In this document: positions 1-12,540 of the stretch, piece by piece
Numbering within the stretch: the stretch's first letter is position 1
How the letters are laid out: every line of letters starts with the position of its first letter
DNA from: Cyanophora paradoxa CCMP329
Lineage: Eukaryota > Plantae > Glaucophyta
Direction of reading: 5' to 3'
DNA length: 64,000 nt
Assembly: GCA_004431415.1 (NCBI GenBank)
Contig: QPMI01000432.1
Coordinates: 124,001-188,000 of the forward strand
Made by a program: the position numbers and the translations under genes
Notes under the pieces: model-generated
The model's database searches: none
What the model was told of the DNA's origin: nothing
The model's input: the letters and a program-made list of their open reading frames with translations, nothing else

Positions 1-8
1 CTCTGCAG

Positions 9-562
9 CATCCGCCGTAACGAGAAGATCGCCTGCTACGTCACCATCCGCGGCGACAAGGCCAAGGAGCTCCTCGAGCGTGGCCTGAAGGTGAAGGAGT
101 TCGAGCTCAAGAAGAGCAACTTCAGCAACACCGGCAACTTCGGTGCGGTCCTCTCCCGCTTCCTTTTTCCTTTTTCCATCTGCCGATCTGATCGGAACCC
201 TCTACGTCGACAGGCTTCGGTATCCAGGAGCACATCGATCTCGGCCTGAAGTACGACCCGTCGACCGGCATTTACGGCATGGACTTCTACGTCGTGCTCA
301 AGCGCCCGGGTGCCCGCGTCGCGACTCGCCGCCGCGGTTCGCAGCTTCCCTCTGCCTGGGCTGTTCACAAGGGAGCGCTGCTGACACGCCGCACAGCTCA
401 GGGCCACATTGGTCTGAACCACAAGGTGTCGAAGGAGGAGGCCGTCAAGTGGTTCCAGTCCAACTACGACGGTGCCCAGCCCTCCCGCCGCGTCCCATGG
501 CGCGCCCCGGTTCGCTGACCTGCGAGCCACCGAATTTCGCAGGCATTGTCCTGGACAAGTAA
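9..562 (+). CDS. RPL11: 60S ribosomal protein L11 (uL5), 5'-truncated by window edge; 4 exons visible
   Basis: Spliced translation [44 protein letters not shown]|[41 protein letters not shown]|[25 protein letters not shown]|GIVLDK*. GT-AG introns at about 143-213, 337-396 and 472-542. Confidence 0.97.
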
Positions 563-1019
563 TTGCTCTGGACTTTGTTCCTCGCCCGACGCGATCCCCC
601 GTGTATGAATGCATGCGCCATTTTGCTACGACGTGGGCATGGGGGGCGGATGCACTGAGGCGCATTGATATCCGGATCGGGCTGCACATGCATGGCGCTT
701 GCAGCAGATCGTCAACCGCGAGCGCACTGCGGAGCGGGCGAAAGGAGATAGTGTAGCGGCGCCTGGAGGCCAGGGACGGCAGCGAACAACGCCAGCGCAG
801 GGGTACACCAATCGATCGGCAGCGCCTCTGCGCAATGTCGACGTCGGTGCCGGCCCAGAATGTTCTGTCGCCCGAGCGGCCACCTCGATCGGACTCTTGT
901 GCGATCGCCCGTGAGCCTGGCGTGGTGCGCGTGGATCGCCGATTCTTTAATGCAAGAGACCTCCGCCGCCGATCAGCCATTGGGGACTCTCTGAGGGGTT
1001 GAATCATCTCTTTCCGCAG

Positions 1020-4000
1020 ATGCCGGCCCCGTGGAGCCCGCGCAGGACCTCCATCGTGTCACCTCAAGGCGCGGAGCACTGCCCTGCTGGGCTCGCGCGC
1101 GCTGATCGATCTCATGCAGCTGCGCCTGCGTTAATGGATGTTCTCCCGCTGGGATCGGTCGTCAAGGTGCGTAGCGACGAAGCTCGAGGCGGTCTCCGCG
1201 CGCACGCTGACGCTTGCTCCGCACCGCTGCAATGCCTTTTCTTCGTGTAGATCTTCACTGTCATGACCTGGTGCGCTCGCCCCGCGCGAAATCAGCGGCC
1301 TTAAGCTTACCGATTGAGCTTGCGCTTCGGTCGGACTCGGGACGCCTCTGCAGTCCCAACTACGGTGCGCGAGTGCAACTGCTCAATTTTTGTTCTGTTT
1401 TAGTAATTCCTCCCGCAGCAATGGTTTGACCGCGTGCGAGAGGATTTGAAGGACTATGCTAATGTCTTGCTGCGTCAACAGCCCTGGCAAATGAAGCGGC
1501 AAATGAAGAGCACCGGGTCCGGATTCGCGATAAGCGACCGGCGGGTTATTACAAATGCACACGTGCGCATTCGAGAGTTTTTCACAAGTTTTCCGATGTC
1601 ACCAGACTGAACTCTTTCTCCCTGCAGTGCGTGGCCGATGCAACAGTGTGCTCTTTGCTCACTTTCCTCCTCGGTTCTTCTCTCATCGCGTTACCTAGAG
1701 CGTGATGGTGAGGAAGCATGGGAGCGCCGAGAAGATCCTTGCGAAGGGTGTGCATGCCCATCCGTTTGATGCACGGTACCACTACTGGTAGCTGAGAACC
1801 TCAAAATTATTTTCCACAGTGGAACATGTCGGCCATGAGTGCGACTTGGCGATTTTGACAGTGCAAGACGACAAGTTCTGGGAAGGAATACAACCGCTGG
1901 AGCTTGGAGGGGTCCCACACGTGGGCACTTTTTGAATTTCGCAGTCAGATTTCGTGATCCCGACAGTTAGGCTAACTCGTTCATCGCACCTCAGCTACAG
2001 GACTCTGTTCAAGTTGTGGGATATCCTACAGGCGGAGATGCAATTTGTGGTGAGCATGGCTCTTTTGTGACATTGTACAATGCACATTTGACAATTTTTT
2101 GCAGTCACATCAGGAGTGGTGCATTCTGTTTCGTGGGGCAGGCCTGCTCTTCGAAGATGCTCATTCTTGGTGCGGCCAGGTCAGCCGTGTGGAGGTCCAG
2201 ACGTATACTCATGCCAACGGGAGCCTGCTTGCGATTCAAATCGATGCTGCCATCAACTCGGGTTTTTTCTTTTCAGTTCAAGAACATGTTTCAAGGGCTG
2301 AATCATACGGCAGGGAACTCGGGCGGTCCAGCACTGCGCAATGGAGAAGTGATCGGTGTAGCTTTCGAGACGCTGAAGGCACGGGGTTTTGCAATCGCCT
2401 TTCTGCTTTGCAATTGAGGCCGCTGACTAGAATGTTTTCAGAATGCCGACAATATCGGCTACATCATACCGACGCCTGTTGTCCGACATTTTCTCGAAGT
2501 GCGCCAGCTGTTCTGCTTCTTTTCAATGAATCATCACGCCCATCCATCGCTAGGATATCAAGAGGAACGGAACCTACTCTGGATTTCCTTCGCTTGGCTG
2601 CTACTGGTAATTGATTGCTCAAGATTGCCATCCGAACCCTTTCAGGTTCTGATTATATTGCAGGCAAGCTATTGAAAGCGACTTCCTCCGCAAGAGCGTC
2701 CAGCTTCCACCAGGAAAGGTGCTTCACCAAGTACCTCGCACAGTTTTGATACCGGCACTGATAAAAGGGGGTGGCAGACGGGCGTTTTCGTGAACAAGAT
2801 CCAGCCTTTGGCAGCTGCAAAGGCTGCACTCAGTCCTGGCGACGTCCTCCTGTCCGTCAACGGTCCATCTGCACGTTTCTCTTGGTTTCTGGTTAATTAC
2901 TGAACCTTTCGGTCTCAGGAGTAACGATCGCAAGCGATGTGTGCCGTTTACATACAGCTCCTCACTTTCATTGCATCCACGTTTCTGATCCGGTGTTTCT
3001 CGGCGCAGGGCACAATCCCGTTTCGAAAAGCCGAGCGGGTTGGATTCCGGTTTGTCCTTTTCGATCGAGCTTGATGCCCTTTTCTTATGCTCGCCCCTGC
3101 ATGCAGATACCTGATCAGCGAGAGATTCTGCGGAGAGGTTGTCAAGGTTGGTGTGTTGCGAAACGGAAAAGAGATGGAGGTAGATGTGGAGCTCTCTCTT
3201 GTTAAGCCATTGGTTCCAGTGCACCTATTTGACGGTATGTTTTGCTCCTGCCTGGTCTGTGCTGCTCTGACACTAAAGTTTGCTTCTCTTCTTCAGTCTT
3301 TCCCTCGTGCGTGCATGGCATCAATGTCCACCTGCATGCTTCTGTCTGATTCTCTTTCCTCTGTGCAGATACTACATCTTTGGAGTGCGTTGCTTCTGAC
3401 TGGAGTTCCTTGAAATTCATATCTAATCTTGTGCTGCCAGGGCCTTGTCTTTGTCGTGCTCTCACAGGTCCTGCATTTCGACCTTCAGTTCTTTGATGAG
3501 GTTACTGAACATTTCATTATGCAGCCATACCTCCGCAATGAATACGGGAAGGATTGGGAAACGAAGGCCCCTGTGAAGGTTCGCATGCTTGCCTGTGAAC
3601 TGTTTCCATACAGGACACACTGACGTTTTCCCTTCAGCTGTGTGCTCTTGCCTTGGATGGCGAGCTGAATCAGCCCGACCAGCATGTGGTCTTGCTCTCT
3701 CAAGTCCTGGCTAGTGAGATCAATGTTGGCGTGCGTGCTTATTCTTCCTCTGATGCCCTCAATGCTTCATGCATGATGAGCTTCGTCGTCATCCTGCAGT
3801 ACCAGCTGAATATGGGGTGAGGTTTAGTGTGGTGCACACATATGTTGCTCATGATCGGGACCAATAATCTCACAGGAACATCGTCCTATCGGAGTTCAAT
3901 GGGGTGAAAATCAATAATATTAAGCAGCTGGCAGCCCTCGTGGAGTCCAACAATGAGCCATTCGCAAAGGTAAGCGAATAGCTTTGCGAAGGCTTCAAAA

Positions 4001-4311
4001 ATCCTTCTATAGCATAAAATTGCCCCGCAGTTCTTGCTCGAGAACGAGAAGGTCATCGTTCTTGACACTGCTATTGCCAAGTCGCAGACTCCCAACATCC
4101 TGCGTCGTGCGTTTGTCCTTAGTTCTGTGCTCTGTCGCAAGCCTGGAGGACCACAGCTTCTCATTAGTCCACAGAGCACGCGATCCCGGCAGCAATGTCC
4201 GTGGATATCTACGAGGGCCTTCAGCCAAAGAAACCGATGGAAGATGGCATGCACACCGATAAGGCTTTGGAGGCCCAGTCAAGTGCCCGTGAACAAGCAG
4301 CCTTTGCATGA
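1020..4311 (+). CDS. Deg/HtrA serine protease with PDZ domains (plant Deg2/9/10-like), >20 short exons; true start may lie upstream (~835)
   Basis: Spliced translation gives PNYAMPWQ..STGSGF..TNAHCV (His), GHECDLAIL (Asp), [24 protein letters not shown] (Ser), NIGYIIP, the PDZ region ([25 protein letters not shown]) and a stop at 4309-4311. Confidence 0.92.
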
Positions 4312-4653
4312 AATAAGCAAGAGTTCGTCAAACAGCTCCCCGATGCTGCAGTCGTGCCTCAGCCTTTCATGTTGCAAGTTGTTGTACCACCACAGTAGCT
4401 AGCGCTATAGTATTTTAGATCGATCCTCAAAATAGCGCCACTATTTTCAATCATTTCAATTCAGCACGTGCACAATATCTCTGCTGTTTGCTTCTGTAAA
4501 GTCGATGTGTGATCATTTGAGAACTTCCAAATTAGACTTTTCAAATAGGTATAGATATCCTGCTTGCATTCTCATTGAGATCATTTTGAATAAAAAACAT
4601 GCGCTATCTGGAGCTGTTTGCAGGATTCACATTATCCTCTCCAAGGGCTAAGC

Positions 4654-5419
4654 TTAAGCCTTGTTCAGGAGATTTAGCAGCCCGCTCCCGCCTCTGCCTC
4701 CGTGCAGCCTCCAAATCTTTGAGAAGCTGCGTGATCTGACCAAGGACACGTTGAATTCGAATATGTGGAGTCGAATAAGGAGGTCAAGTTCACTTACGTC
4801 TTTGTACTCGCCGTAATCAATGGCATGCGCAGCAGCGGGCTGGACGTGCTCCCCAACAAGCTGAGATTGGGCAAAGGGGTTCGGCAGCGGTGGCACCCCT
4901 CGCGTCGAGAGTAAGAACGGCTCGAGGACAGGTGCATCTTGACCCGGCAGGGCCGGCTCGTCTGTGCCCCCTAGCCTCCTGGGGAGGACGGTTATGAGAT
5001 AGCGCGGTTCGCAGCGTTCACAGACTCACAATCGCTTAAGGAGTCCGCTGCTCTGCGCGTCCGCGTCGTCCCCGAGCGGGTCTAACTCGCGCCGCCTTCG
5101 CACCCCGACGCCGGCGGCTCGCTGGACTCCCGTCGAGGCCTGGCGGCCAGATACCTCTGGCAGCACATGCTGGGAGTGAGGGTGCGAGATCTGTGCGCTG
5201 AGAGGAAGCAGTGAGCCCATGAGTGGGAGGCGGCCGAGGGCAAACCTTTCTGCGCCGGCCGGTGTCTCTGCATCCGTGGACAGGTCGTCTCTGGGGGCAA
5301 GGCGCCTATACGTACAGCACTCATCAGCATGAGGTACGACTGCGGTGCGAAGCGAGACCGCACAGTCGCTTGAACAGATCGGGGTCGACCGCATCCTCGT
5401 CCTCGCGCCGCCGGCGCAT
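4654..5419 (-). CDS. Hypothetical protein with two RRRRE...KRLRL (bipartite NLS-like) motifs
   Basis: MRRRREDEDAVDPDLFKRL|RLAPRDD ... VRRRRELDPLGDDADAQSSGLLKRL|RLGGTDE ... NLLNKA*. GT-AG introns restore the frame at both motifs. Confidence 0.55.
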
Positions 5420-5926
5420 GCAGCGACGCCGCAGGCGGCGACAGGCTGCGGCGTAAAAGAGTCGGGCGGAGCCGGCAAAACCGAGGCAGACAAGGCACTA
5501 CGCAGACCGAGCCCCGTCGTCCTCACGCGCTCGGTTGCAGCGCGGTTCGACCTCACGACCGCAACGCACAAAGCGCGTCCGCTGGCGTCAGGGAGTCGAG
5601 TCGGGCGCTGCTGCCGGCCGAGCGATGAACGTTCCACAAAACTTCACCAAGCGCGCACCGGCGGCAGAGACACCGCTGCACTCTGCTTGAACTGTAAACT
5701 GCTGCCCGGGCCCGCTAAAGAAAAGGGGGGGCGACACTGGCGGAAATTCCGCGGAATTCAAAATTGGGTACATGCCCGAGGGTCCAGATCTGGGTATAGG
5801 TTTCGAGCAGGACCGGTGCGGACCTTGGACGCCCCGCTGCGCCGCCGCCCGGCTGCGACTAACACCCGCCTGCTGTAGTTCGTCGTCTCGTTTCCGTTCA
5901 GCGACCGGCAACCACTTCTCCCAAAG

Positions 5927-6663
5927 ATGGTCTGCGCTTCACATGCCATTCCGGGGCGCGGGCAGCGCGGGCCGTCCGGGCCAAAACTGCGATAGCATCC
6001 ACGGCGGCGAGCCCATGCGCCGTCCGTTTCGAGGGACGCCTATTACCGAACTCGCATCCTCCAATCTCGCGCGTTTTTCGGCGCGGAGCGCCTGACCGGC
6101 CTACGGCGCCCTCTCGCAGGCTTCTGGCGTCGTCGCAGACCCTACTGTCGTGCCGGTTGTGCAGGAGATGAACCTGAAGAAAGCATACAAGTACATCATC
6201 TTCAAGCTGAGCGACGACAAGAAGACGATCGTTATCGAGGAGGCGTCGCAGAACCAGAACACCCCCTACCTGGAGTTCACCCGGCGCTTGCCGCCCAACG
6301 AGTACCGCTATGCCATCTTCGACTTCCCCTACACGACGCGGGAGGGCTCGACCCGCAGCAAGCTCGTGTTCTTCAAGTGGTCAATCATTCCTTCCTTCGA
6401 CCGCGCATTACAGCTGGGCGCAGCGCTCATTCCTCGCGCCCCCCAGGAACCCGGAGACTGCGCCGCTGAAGCAGAAGATGGTGATGGCTTCTTCTGCCGA
6501 CGCTTTCAAGAAGAGCCTCGGCGTTATGCTGCCCGAAGTTCAGGCTTCGGATATGGGCGACCTGGCGGAGCAGAATGTGCTTGAGAAGGCACGCTCTCGT
6601 TTATCTCGCCTTGTTCTCGTTAGCACTGCTATTGACGACTGACGATGCGCACAGGTCAAGTAA
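5927..6663 (+). CDS. Actin-depolymerising factor / cofilin
   Basis: M|ASGVVAD..KKAYKYIIFKLSDDKKTIVIE..LPPNEYRYAIFDF..RSKLVFFKW|NPETAPLKQKMVMASS..EVQASDMGDL..EK|VK*. The intron directly after the ATG (5930-6119) is typical of ADF genes. The last intron is GC-AG (6589-6654). Confidence 0.95.
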
Positions 6664-6972
6664 ATGCAAGCGTCTTTGACCTGGCCTGTGAAGTGCCACC
6701 CCAGCCAATCGTTCCCTCGACGACCGGAAAATGCCCATCCCCCCAACCACGCCCACCTTAGACCCCCGCCTAGTTTTCTGTCTTCGTAATTCAAGCTGTT
6801 TGCATTCGTTCGATTTCCTTGGCTTGACCCCGCTTAAACAGAACAGAATTCGCGTGTTTCGCGGAAACGGAATTCACGTGCTTTGATGTGCATGCGGGAT
6901 TGCAGGAGCCAATGTGGTATGGGTAATTCACAGAACCGTACATATCTGAACAAAAATCGAGGATGAAAGGCA

Positions 6973-8283
6973 CTACGCAAACCTGAGGTGGGGCGGTGAG
7001 GGAAACGAGGCGGCAGATCTCGGGCGGCGGACCTGGTGGGACGGTACGGGTCCGCAGCTTGCTTGGTGCGGGACAGGACCGCGCAGCCGATGATGGAGGA
7101 GATCACGAGGCAGACAATCGAGACGAGGGCGAGGACACCCGAGACCCAGGGAATAACCTGCTTGGCAGTGTCCGCCGCGGGGGTGATGTCCAGCGAGGTG
7201 TTCAGGGCCTCGTTGACGGCAGCGATCTTCGCCTCGGCGCCGCCAAAGAAGTTCGAGTTCTTCTCCTTGATCTGATAGACGGATATGCTCAGTTCTAGAG
7301 CGGCTAAAAGGTTTCTGAATGAGAGAGAAAGGGGCTGGGCCACCTCGGGGTAGGCCAGGGCAGCGAAAACGACGATCGTGGCGGCGACAAGGATCGCGGC
7401 CATAACGACGAAGGTTACGAAGGCCTGCGCTCAAGGAAATCGGATCAACACAACCGCACCGGGTCTGCTGGAGGCGCGAACCTTGAAGACGCCGCGGGAG
7501 GTCTTAGCAGAGAAGAAGGCGCAGGAGAGGAAGAAGCCGATGAGAGAGAAGAGGGCCGCCACGGCGGAAAGCACGACGCAAGCGATGCCAGAACGGTACA
7601 GCCTGGGCACAGAGCGAAGGGAGGTCAGTCAAGCACTGACATGCCACACGCTAGGGCGCACTTCTTGCACTCGACCGTGTTCGAGTCCGCAGCGCCGCAG
7701 TCCTTGTAGACCTGGCATGGTATTCTCAGCACCTGCAAAGCGCAGCAACATCGAGGGAACTTACGAAAACGGGGTCGCGGCTCGGCAGGCCGGGGGTGCC
7801 ATCAACAGTGTACGACAGGCGGGACTTGCGGTAAATCAGACCGAAGGTCGCCTGATACTGCGCACGAGGTACTTAAAGAGCGGCCCCCCTGGCTGCTCCA
7901 CGACGGTGCCACGGCACAAACCTCAACGTGCACGTTGCTGGTCACACTGTTGACGGACGCTGTCGTTGAGTATCCGATCGTCGTGCGAACCTGCGTTCAG
8001 GGCTGTCAACGAAGGCCCGGCGGCGGCGCTTCGACGGCCGACAAGGCGGGCAGTTAGCGACAGCTAACGTCGGTCCGCTGTGCTGGCAGCTCCGTAGGCG
8101 GGAAAGACTAACCCACTGTGGAAGGGCGATAGCCGCGATTATGCAGCAGAACGCCGCGAGGCTGAAGAGCCTGGAACGCAACACGGAGGTCAGGCAAAGC
8201 AGGAAAACGGCAGCTAGCAGTCGCCTGCGGCGCAGAGGAAGTACAGCTTACAGGGCAAAGGTTCCGCTGCAAACCCGCGCCAT
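6973..8283 (-). CDS. Four-TM membrane protein, claudin/PMP22/amastin-like topology
   Basis: MARVCSGTFAL|LFSLAAFCCIIAAIALPQW (TM1 followed by W), ..YQATFGLIY.. loop, then hydrophobic segments GIACVVLSAVAALFSLIGFFL, FVTFVVMAAILVAATIVVFAAL and VSGVLALVSIVCLVISSIIGCAVL; ends PYRPTR|FA*. Confidence 0.6.
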
Positions 8284-8361
8284 TGCTGCGGATGAACTCT
8301 TCGAAGAGGACGATGCCGTACCCCAGATTTCGAAAAAGTTGGACGCGCGCTGAGCACCCAC

Positions 8362-9003
8362 ATGGACGCGCTGCGGGACTTCTGGCGGGCGTGGTTCGTT
8401 TGCGTAGGCCCAGCGCCGGACACGCCACCCGCGAGACCAGCGAGAAGTACCACCCGCGAGATTGGCACGTCTCCAGCGTTCCCGCAGCTAGCGCTCACTG
8501 CCCGAGAGATCAGCGTCCAGACCTCGCCGTCGTGCGACAGATCGGCTGAAGCGAGGGACTTTATCTTGCGCGCTCCAGTCGTCCTCGAGCCCGTGCCGGA
8601 GCCGCCCCTTGTTTCTATCCTGACTCCCATATCGATGAGAAGCACGAGGGCGAGCGCCGTGAGCGGCACCCCTTCAGCGGCCCGCTCTGCAGCGAGCGCT
8701 ACTCCAGACCAAGAGAAGGAAAACTCGAGGCTGGACGCATGCAAACTGGATGAAGTAGATATGCTTTCTCCAACAGACCCTCGCTTCAGGTGCCGCGGCC
8801 CGGCGGCGCCCAGCTCAGAGAACTTCCACTGACCCGAGGGCTCGCTCAGGAAACAACATCGAGAGCACGAGCCGCTGCCTGTGGCCCCGACCCCGTTCGA
8901 GAAGCGGCTAGAGAAGGCCCTGCAGAAGAGCGAACGATCTCTTGCAATGGGGCTGCCACCTGCTCCCATGCGCCCAGTCTCCCTTCCGAACAACTCTGCA
9001 TGA
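8362..9003 (+). CDS. Hypothetical protein with a plant JASON-like C-terminal motif
   Basis: The ORF MDALRDFWRAWFVCVG... is joined by a GT-AG intron (8790-8849) to RKQHREHEPLPVAPTPFEKRLEKAL...NNSA*. Confidence 0.55.
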
Positions 9004-9207
9004 TTCTGTAATTTTTTGAATCTATAATCTCACTGCATGGTACATCACTTTGCATTTTACATGTGGGGGAGGACCAGACCACCACCAAATTGCAAAGCCC
9101 AGGGTGACTTAGCCGGGCCCGGGGGTTTGAGAGGCCGGGTTTTTAGCTCAGGTCAAGGGTGCAACAGGTAATTTTTTTAACACATAAGAATAAAGTGAGA
9201 TGAGAAC

Positions 9208-11474
9208 CTAAGTACTCGCTAGCTGCCTTACAAGGAGACTAACTAAGTGGTCAGAGACGGCCGTCCGAGCCATGTGCAGACTAAAGTCGGCAAAGATGCC
9301 ATCCTGTAGCTGCTGCTGATGCTGCTGAAGCGCAAAAGCCTTGGATGCCAGGAGTTCTCCAAGCAATCCATTGAGAAGAACATCTTCCATCTCTTCTATG
9401 ACCACTGTCTCTGCACGGTTGGCGACTGTGCCCACCAGCACGTCCAGCATTGCACTTTCAATAAATAGACGGGAGGCTTTGTCCTCAAGCAGCTCCAACT
9501 CTTCAGAGTTTCGTTCACCGAATAGAAGACTTTGGAAAGCCGTTGACACCTGCAAAATTAAAAGAATCAGCATGATACTTCTGGTCTGAGACACCATTTA
9601 TACCTCAAAGGAGATCGATCTGCACTCCTGCTGAATGCCTTCCTCAATAGTTTCTTCTGCAATGCTCTCGATAATAGTTTCTTGGTAGGCCTCCCTTGCA
9701 AGTTTGAACAACATAGGCTCGACAAACTCCTGGGTAAGGAACTCGACCCTGCATTCTGTTAAAAAAAAGATGACGAAATCAGAGGGGGATGTGACTATGC
9801 CCACCACTCTTTCTCCATGTGCTTTTCTGCCATCTCAATGATAGCCTCCCGCGCAATGGTTGAAAGAATGTAGCTCATGCTCTCGCCAACGAACTCCTCA
9901 GTGTAACTTTCTTCAGGCGTCTTGACTGCAGTGAGCTTCTGGTAGAAGTAGCTGCAGAGCAAGAGTAAGGCTGCTGTTGACTAAGAAAGGTCAATGGTCC
10001 GAAAAATGTGCCTGTTCACGAGTTCGTTGATGGCAGCATTGGCAGCCTTTCTAAGCTCCTGGGGCAAGCACTCCGAAAAGATGTCATCGAGGATGCCCTC
10101 CAGCAGCTCGTTGTACTGCCTTACACGCTCTTCTTCCACGGAAACCTCAACGATGGTCTGCCGTGCGACTTCGGGCAGCAGCGTCGATCTGAGCGTGTCG
10201 TGCACGAAGTCCAGCATGAAAATCAAAACATTGCGCTCCTCCCTCACCTGCAGAAGATATGTATTGGAGGACAAGTACACACAAAGGCCAGTGTACACAC
10301 CCTTCGTTGTGCACCCCGGAATGCTTCGTCCCTCGATTGCCATATCTTTCGTCCGATGATAAGATTTTCCAAAAGCAGACAGCGGTTTGGTGCAGACCTT
10401 GGTTCGCCACCAGCGCTGAAGGCGCCTGGCAGCTTTTCCCCGGCGCACATCTTCTCCTCCATGCTTTGAGTGCACGGATTCCCTGACAAGTTGAGCGCTG
10501 CCCGAATCCCTGTGGCATTGTTTGGCTCCTCTTACGACTGAGAGGCACAAACTTGGCGCACGATGCACTTGAGGACCCCGTTGACTCAGAGGAGGACCTG
10601 CGGTGCTGCCTCCTTCCCCTGGGCTCGTCTTGGACGACCAATTGCTGGATCACCCCTGCGAGAAGCTGAACCGCCGAGATGCCGTCGGGGCTGCTACGCC
10701 TTCGCCTGTGCCTGGACAGATGCACCCGGAAACGTTGGCCGGGCACGCGAGCAGTCGACCGCGAACAGACCTTCGAGCTCTTCGCCTCTCGCGCCGGTAG
10801 CGATCACGGCCTTCATTACTCTCGGGCAACGTCCGCGCGCTCAGCCGCAGGCGGTTCTCGGCAAGCTACGCCCACGCAGAATGTTGGCTCAGCAAACCGC
10901 GTGTCGAAGAGCGCCGCGGCTCACCGGAGGGGGGAGCTGCGTATAAGGTTGCGGGGGAAGCGGGGGGGGTCCCGCAGCGACCGGAGCAGCCAGGCCGCCG
11001 AGCGCCGCTAAGGAAGGCCAGGGAGGCGCCATGCCGTAGGCTCCAGCTTGTGGATGGCCTTGAAAAAGTGGATGTCCCGGCATTCCCTGCCACAACTCGT
11101 TTAATCGCGGCACGTACGCATGCTTAACCGGCGGCACCTGGTGCACAGAGGGTGCGCCCGGATAATACACGAGATGCTGGCCCGGCGCTGGCTGGGAGGG
11201 CGTGACGGCCTGAAGCACCTGAGGAATTCTGAAATAAGACTGAGCATACCTGATTGTAAGTCTGAAACGCTCGAGCCTGCGGCGGCTCCGAGAAGGAGCG
11301 CGAGCGGAGCGGCGAGAGCTGGCGGTGGCGGGCGGCTTCCTGCAGTAGCTGCTGCTGCATCATATTGTACCGCATGAGCTGCTCGGCGGGGTCATAGCCG
11401 GGCGGCAGCGCCGCCGGCCGTGGCCAGCCGGCCCCGGGCCACGCTGCGGCCTGCTGCTGCTGGGCGTACCACAT
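9208..11474 (-). CDS. Hypothetical protein with a Q/P-rich N-terminus, an IQ-like motif and an acidic helical C-terminus; start uncertain
   Basis: Exon ORFs MWYAQQQQ..., KAARRLQRWWRTK (IQ-like), VREERNVLIFMLDF..., VEFLTQEFVEPML... and VSTAFQSLL...QLAST*, separated by GT-AG introns. Confidence 0.6.
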
Positions 11475-11808
11475 GGCCGCTGCCTCCCTAGCCTCGGGGC
11501 ATACTGCAACTGTATCTAGGGCCGCCTCCTAACAACTCTAGCTAACGCGGCTCCCGCAGCCAAAGTCTTCGTAGGCGGCGCGAAGGCGTTGACGATCCGA
11601 GGTGCAGAGAGATTAGTGCCTGTGCGTAGAAAGCTATGAGGGCAAACCGCTCGCAGCCCGCTGCCCAGCGCCCAGCGCCGGCCACGTGATTGGGGGTACA
11701 CGCCACTCGGGCGATGCGGCTCAGGCGCTTCTGCAGCCGCGCGTTCTTGCGCTCATGACGCGCCATAGCAACTGCCAGTCGACACAGAAGCACCAGCGAA
11801 GTTTGTAG

Positions 11809-12540
11809 ATGAATCTCAGGATGCGGACGGAGAACTTGCAAGTTCTTCGCCAGGGAACGGGCCCCGCGGCCTTGCTGCTGGTTTACTGGCTAGCAGCGAT
11901 GCTTCTGGGCCTCTCAGACGCGCAGACCACCGGTGTGATTGCCCTGCCCCCGTCTATCGTCGCACCATGACCGTATCGCAGGAAACACCACCACGGCGTC
12001 GCTGGCGACAACCGTGAAGCCTGCGAGCAGCAATCACCATCAAGCTCGCTTGCGGATGGAAGGTGCCTCTCCACCCAAGCGTTCGGTGTTCGCCTTCTCA
12101 TAACTCTCTGCAGCGTTCCTGCGGCGGCTGCCGGGGCGGCGATCGCTGCGGTTGTTGTTGGGATCGCCTTCATCTTCATCTACCGCGCTTGCTACGTCAA
12201 CAGGAAGGGCCGAGTCGTCGGCGCTGGAATGGAGGCGCCCGCTGGCGAGGCTTTCGCGCAGAACCCGTTCAGCCAGCTTCAGACGCCAGCCTCTCAGCCT
12301 ATTGTACAAGGAACCGTGCAGATCACTCCGCAGCCCCGAGCGCCGTCATTGGTCGACCTCTCAGAGGACCCCCGCGGGGAGATCCGGCCGGCCAGCCGGA
12401 CGAGGTCGTCGGACACGGCGGACGATTACAGCTCGATGGACGACTCGATTGCCGCTAGGGTGCTGCTAGCACCGCGGCCTGGCTCTCGCGAACAACAGTC
12501 CCAGGGTTCGGAGTACAACAGCGCGAACAACTCTCTCTGA
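11809..12540 (+). pseudogene. Truncated duplicate of the receptor-kinase 5' half (signal peptide, TM, juxtamembrane; no kinase domain)
   Basis: Copy of 13175-13904. A 1-nt deletion shifts exon 2, and the duplication junction creates TGA (NSL*) at 12538-12540. Confidence 0.7.

Noticed and set aside
7676-7700. GTTCGAGTCC (and GGTTCGAGCCC at ~59302) as tRNA T-loops
   Set aside because: No cloverleaf, D-arm or acceptor stem around either site.
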